A stretch of DNA of 51,400 nt, taken from IMG/VR virus record IMGVR_UViG_3300013288_000004, positions 255,360 to 306,759 of that record; one strand, 5' to 3'. Origin of the DNA: a virus (Duplodnaviria; Heunggongvirae; Uroviricota; Caudoviricetes). The notes below the pieces were generated by a model. It did not search any database. It was not told the DNA's origin and saw only the letters and a list, made by a program, of their open reading frames with translations. Of this stretch, positions 48,381 to 51,400 are shown in pieces. Position 1 is the first letter of the stretch. The number at the start of each line of letters is the position of its first letter. The translations under genes and the position numbers were made by a program.

Positions 48381-49046
48381 ATGATAGACCCAGATAAAAA
48401 AATATCAATATTGGATAACTATTTACATAGTACCAAATTTGAATGCGAACATCTTGAGGGGTCTGCTATAGAATATATCCCACAATATTATTGTGTAAAT
48501 ATATCATATGATGATAATTTGGTAAGACTAGCTTCCAGCTCTAGTCGTTTGCAATGTCATGGGGTTGCATTACACAATTCATCACCAAACCAACTAATCA
48601 AATATATTAGATTCGGTATAATACATTTTGATGAAAGTGTATTTACGGACTCTCCTATGTCACCATTGTTTATGGGTAGAAGTGGTGAAATAACTACAGC
48701 AGTACCTTCAAGAGATGTAATGCAGAAAATTGGCTTTGTGGTATCGCAGAATAGTGCTTTTATAGATATAAAAGATGCAACCACAATTCAACCGCCATAT
48801 ACAATTATAGCACCTTCTGTGACACCAACAGTGACACCAACAGTGACACCTTCTGTAACAGCCACAGTGACACCATCTGTAACGCCAACAGTGACACCAT
48901 CTGTAACAGCCACAGTGACACCAACAGTGACACCATCTGTAACAGCCACAGTGACACCAACACCGTCCACGATTCTACCGGGACTGATACAACAAAATGG
49001 TAGTTACGTATTACAACAAAATTCTATTAGAATTTTGTTGTGGTGA
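48381..49046 (+). CDS. Virion protein with Thr/Pro/Val-rich linker
   Basis: Capsid-cement-like G.A...G.I...G.ITT..P..IGFVVS pattern then ([12 protein letters not shown])n. Confidence 0.65.
   Translation: MIDPDKKISILDNYLHSTKFECEHLEGSAIEYIPQYYCVNISYDDNLVRLASSSSRLQCHGVALHNSSPNQLIKYIRFGIIHFDESVFTDSPMSPLFMGRSGEITTAVPSRDVMQKIGFVVSQNSAFIDIKDATTIQPPYTIIAPSVTPTVTPTVTPSVTATVTPSVTPTVTPSVTATVTPTVTPSVTATVTPTPSTILPGLIQQNGSYVLQQNSIRILLW
48810..48965 (+). repeat. Imperfect 12-bp tandem repeat ([12 protein letters not shown])
   Basis: Units GTGACACCAACA, GTGACACCATCT, GTAACAGCCACA. Confidence 0.9.
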
Positions 49047-49087
49047 TGATATAAATAATTTCAACGACATTTTTATAGGGTTATATA

Positions 49088-49579
49088 ATGGCTGATAGTA
49101 AAATTTCCGATTTAGCGGTCAATGACACATTGACAGGAACAGAATCATTTGTAATTGATCAGGGGTTGACTACTGTTAAACTGTCATTAGATGATTTGAA
49201 ACAATATACAAACGTTGGTGTATTATCGGAGTACACAATTACATTTAATTTTTCATCGGTCCCATCAATAATTCCTATAGGCACTGAATGCATATCAGTA
49301 GTCCCGAAAAATGGAACTATTTCAAAGGCGGTCATCCATGGACAAGGCAACTCTGGGTCTGCTGAAATTGACATATTAATAGCTTCCACGCCTATGGACA
49401 TACCATCCGCAGTTTCTATAACTGCCACTGAAAATTTAGAATTAATATCTGATTATGGTATTGTGTCAACTATTCCCGTAGCATGGACAGAAATTATCAA
49501 TGAAAATGATTTCATCATTGCCAAGATAATATCAACAGACTTAACCCAATTAACACTAATTTTAACAATAACAATATAA
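49088..49579 (+). CDS. Virion structural protein
   Basis: MADSKISDL N-terminal fibre-type motif; TATAAATA at 49050-49057. Confidence 0.65.
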   Translation: MADSKISDLAVNDTLTGTESFVIDQGLTTVKLSLDDLKQYTNVGVLSEYTITFNFSSVPSIIPIGTECISVVPKNGTISKAVIHGQGNSGSAEIDILIASTPMDIPSAVSITATENLELISDYGIVSTIPVAWTEIINENDFIIAKIISTDLTQLTLILTITI

Positions 49580-49592
49580 TAGGACATCAAAA

Positions 49593-50510
49593 ATGGCAAC
49601 ACATAGTTTTTCTTCATTAATATCACATGACACCGACGTGGATTTTAGAGCGTGGGGGTTGGAATTATCAGACGCTTTAGATCTGATAGGTTTTACAAAA
49701 TCAGCGGACACTGGACAAATTGATTGGAGCACTGTAGTTAAAGCGTCAACAGATCAAGCTGCTGGTTATGAAATAAGATTTTTAGATGATACATTACACG
49801 CCACTACTCCGATATATGTAAAGTTAGAATTTGGTACTGGACCATTCACTAACAGACCATCTATATGGGTGACTGTTGGTACTGGAACAAACGGTGCTGG
49901 CACCATCACAGGAATTACGGTAAGCAGAAGACTAATAAATCATTCCGAAGCTGAACTTTTATCTACTTCTGCAAATTACCCGACCTATATGTGTAAAACT
50001 GAAGGTGTAGTTTGGTTTTCTTGGAAAATTGGTAGTCGAAACACAGGGGGCGTAGGGGGCGCAACATTTGCAATTTTTAGAAGCTGTGATTCTTTCGGTG
50101 ATGTAACTGGCACTTCTATGGCGTGCTATATGACTCCAACCATGGATAATGGTGGATATGCATATTCAGCGAATGTTACATGCTACACCTTCGATACTGG
50201 ATATACTGCCAGTATAGGAAACACACAGCTATTTGGTGGTGGTGGAACTGGTTACACATTTTTACCTTACAATTTATCGCTAATACAGACAACTGTAGCT
50301 GGAGTTCCAGCGGCATTCCAAGTATCAAGACACTTTATAATAACCCCACAAGTATTTCCCATTAATGGGATAGTAAGTTCAACAGTTAGTGACGGAGTTA
50401 GTCTGGGTTCCACGTTTGATGCCACTGTTATTGGTAGTACATCACACACATACATTTCGTTGGCGACGAATTTATCATATTATGAATATGCTTGTTTGAT
50501 CTGGGAATAA
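49593..50510 (+). CDS. Virion structural protein (beta-rich)
   Basis: 305 aa, Thr/Gly-rich, AGGA RBS. Confidence 0.6.
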   Translation: MATHSFSSLISHDTDVDFRAWGLELSDALDLIGFTKSADTGQIDWSTVVKASTDQAAGYEIRFLDDTLHATTPIYVKLEFGTGPFTNRPSIWVTVGTGTNGAGTITGITVSRRLINHSEAELLSTSANYPTYMCKTEGVVWFSWKIGSRNTGGVGGATFAIFRSCDSFGDVTGTSMACYMTPTMDNGGYAYSANVTCYTFDTGYTASIGNTQLFGGGGTGYTFLPYNLSLIQTTVAGVPAAFQVSRHFIITPQVFPINGIVSSTVSDGVSLGSTFDATVIGSTSHTYISLATNLSYYEYACLIWE

Positions 50511-50517
50511 TTAAAAC

Positions 50518-50916
50518 ATGACAGTAGCTACAGTTGCAGAAACAACCATAAATGCCACATCAATTGTATCAATGGGTCCAACTACGTGGAAATGTGTGGT
50601 TATTGGAAACGATTATAACACTCTACCACAAGGGGAATTGAATGTTGGTGGCATTGTGTACTCATCTGGTGTACCCGTATCTAGAACTATAGATATATTT
50701 GACGCTGCCACTAATGCTTATGTTGGGTCATCACAGTCAAACTCTATAGGTGTGTGGATATATCAAAATTTACCTACTCGACCATCGGGGTATTATGTTG
50801 TGGCAAGAGGATTAGGACCACCAGAAGAAGACGCTATACGTCTTGATGTATCACCACCAGAGTTAAATATTGAACTGGATGTTAATTTAATTATCACTAG
50901 AACTTATTCGGGCTGA
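50518..50916 (+). CDS. Virion protein with CarboxypepD-regulatory-like beta-sandwich
   Basis: G.V...GVPV.RTI.IFD....YVG...SN..G.W....L...YYVVA. Confidence 0.55.
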   Translation: MTVATVAETTINATSIVSMGPTTWKCVVIGNDYNTLPQGELNVGGIVYSSGVPVSRTIDIFDAATNAYVGSSQSNSIGVWIYQNLPTRPSGYYVVARGLGPPEEDAIRLDVSPPELNIELDVNLIITRTYSG

Positions 50917-50952
50917 TGCAACCATAAATAAAATAACAGCCGAATGGTATAA

Positions 50953-51400
50953 ATGTTAAATTATTATTTTGATAAACTTACTGGAGATATTATAGCCCAT
51001 TCTGGACCTGCTCCAGATAGTGACAGAAGCGTATCGGTACAAATTAACGGTAATTCTGTATCCGTAAGAAATTACTCTTCCAATTTCTTTTTTAACGTTT
51101 TAGATTTGAATAGTGTAGCAATATCTGCTAATAGTATATCATATGATGATAAATACATAACTTTTAATTTTTCGGATAATGTTGTTGGTACTTTGAACAT
51201 ATATTTTGTTGGAAGTGTGCAAGAAATTATACAGATTACTAATACACCAACACCGACTTCATCAATTTCCATGACACCATCTGTAACAGCCACAGTGACA
51301 CCAACTGTGACACCAACTGTGACACCAACTGTGACACCAACTGTGACACCAACTGTGACACCAACTGTGACACCAACTGTGACACCAACTGTGACACCAA
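50953..51400 (+). CDS. Virion protein with TPTV repeats (runs off the window)
   Basis: Not in ORF track: [21 protein letters not shown]...[28 protein letters not shown]; ATAAATA upstream. Confidence 0.75.
   Translation, partial: MLNYYFDKLTGDIIAHSGPAPDSDRSVSVQINGNSVSVRNYSSNFFFNVLDLNSVAISANSISYDDKYITFNFSDNVVGTLNIYFVGSVQEIIQITNTPTPTSSISMTPSVTATVTPTVTPTVTPTVTPTVTPTVTPTVTPTVTPTVTP
51295..51400 (+). repeat. Perfect 12-bp tandem repeat GTGACACCAACT (>=8.8 copies)
   Basis: Read directly; continues past window end. Confidence 0.95.

Noticed and set aside
1-51400. Genome-wide TAG recoding (code 15)
   Set aside because: Long conserved genes are uninterrupted in code 11, and gp46 ends at TAG directly before a terminator
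51295-51400. CRISPR array
   Set aside because: 12-bp tandem units without spacers, in frame within a CDS

Overview
AT-rich (standard genetic code) segment of a large T4-related myophage (jumbo-phage-like gene sizes), probably infecting a Gram-negative host (it carries an outer-membrane beta-barrel gene and near-consensus sigma70 promoters). Left to right: a Zn-ribbon/HNH homing-endonuclease-like gene (truncated by the window edge); major capsid (gp23) and scaffold (gp22); a ~9.4 kb accessory island inside the head module (HAD protein, two Pth2-family genes, an AlaRS-like helical fragment, a deleted IS607-like HTH+TnpB element, tRNA-Ser(GCT) and tRNA(CAT), TorF-like porin, GNAT, SLOG/DprA-like, NDT-like, FmdB, GroES); prohead protease (gp21), core proteins, portal (gp20), tape-measure-like gene; late sigma (gp55), gp47/gp46, DinG-like helicase; a ~670 bp structured non-coding region; RuvC-like nuclease, gp51/gp26 and the baseplate module (gp53, gp5, gp25, gp6, 3107-aa wedge) ending in Thr/Pro-repeat virion genes. 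Most interesting hidden signals: (1) a promoter-driven ~340-nt structured RNA ending in a G4AG6 tract followed by GNA-loop DNA hairpins (candidate R-loop origin or new ncRNA); (2) a Pth2 gene whose strong RBS drives a 7-codon mini-ORF ending in an in-frame UAG (candidate amber read-through control); (3) a U9 slippery site that fuses gp26 to gp51 by a -1 frameshift; (4) two degenerate copies of the capsid-gene 3' end just upstream of the homing endonuclease promoter. All family assignments are by eye from motifs; no searches were run.
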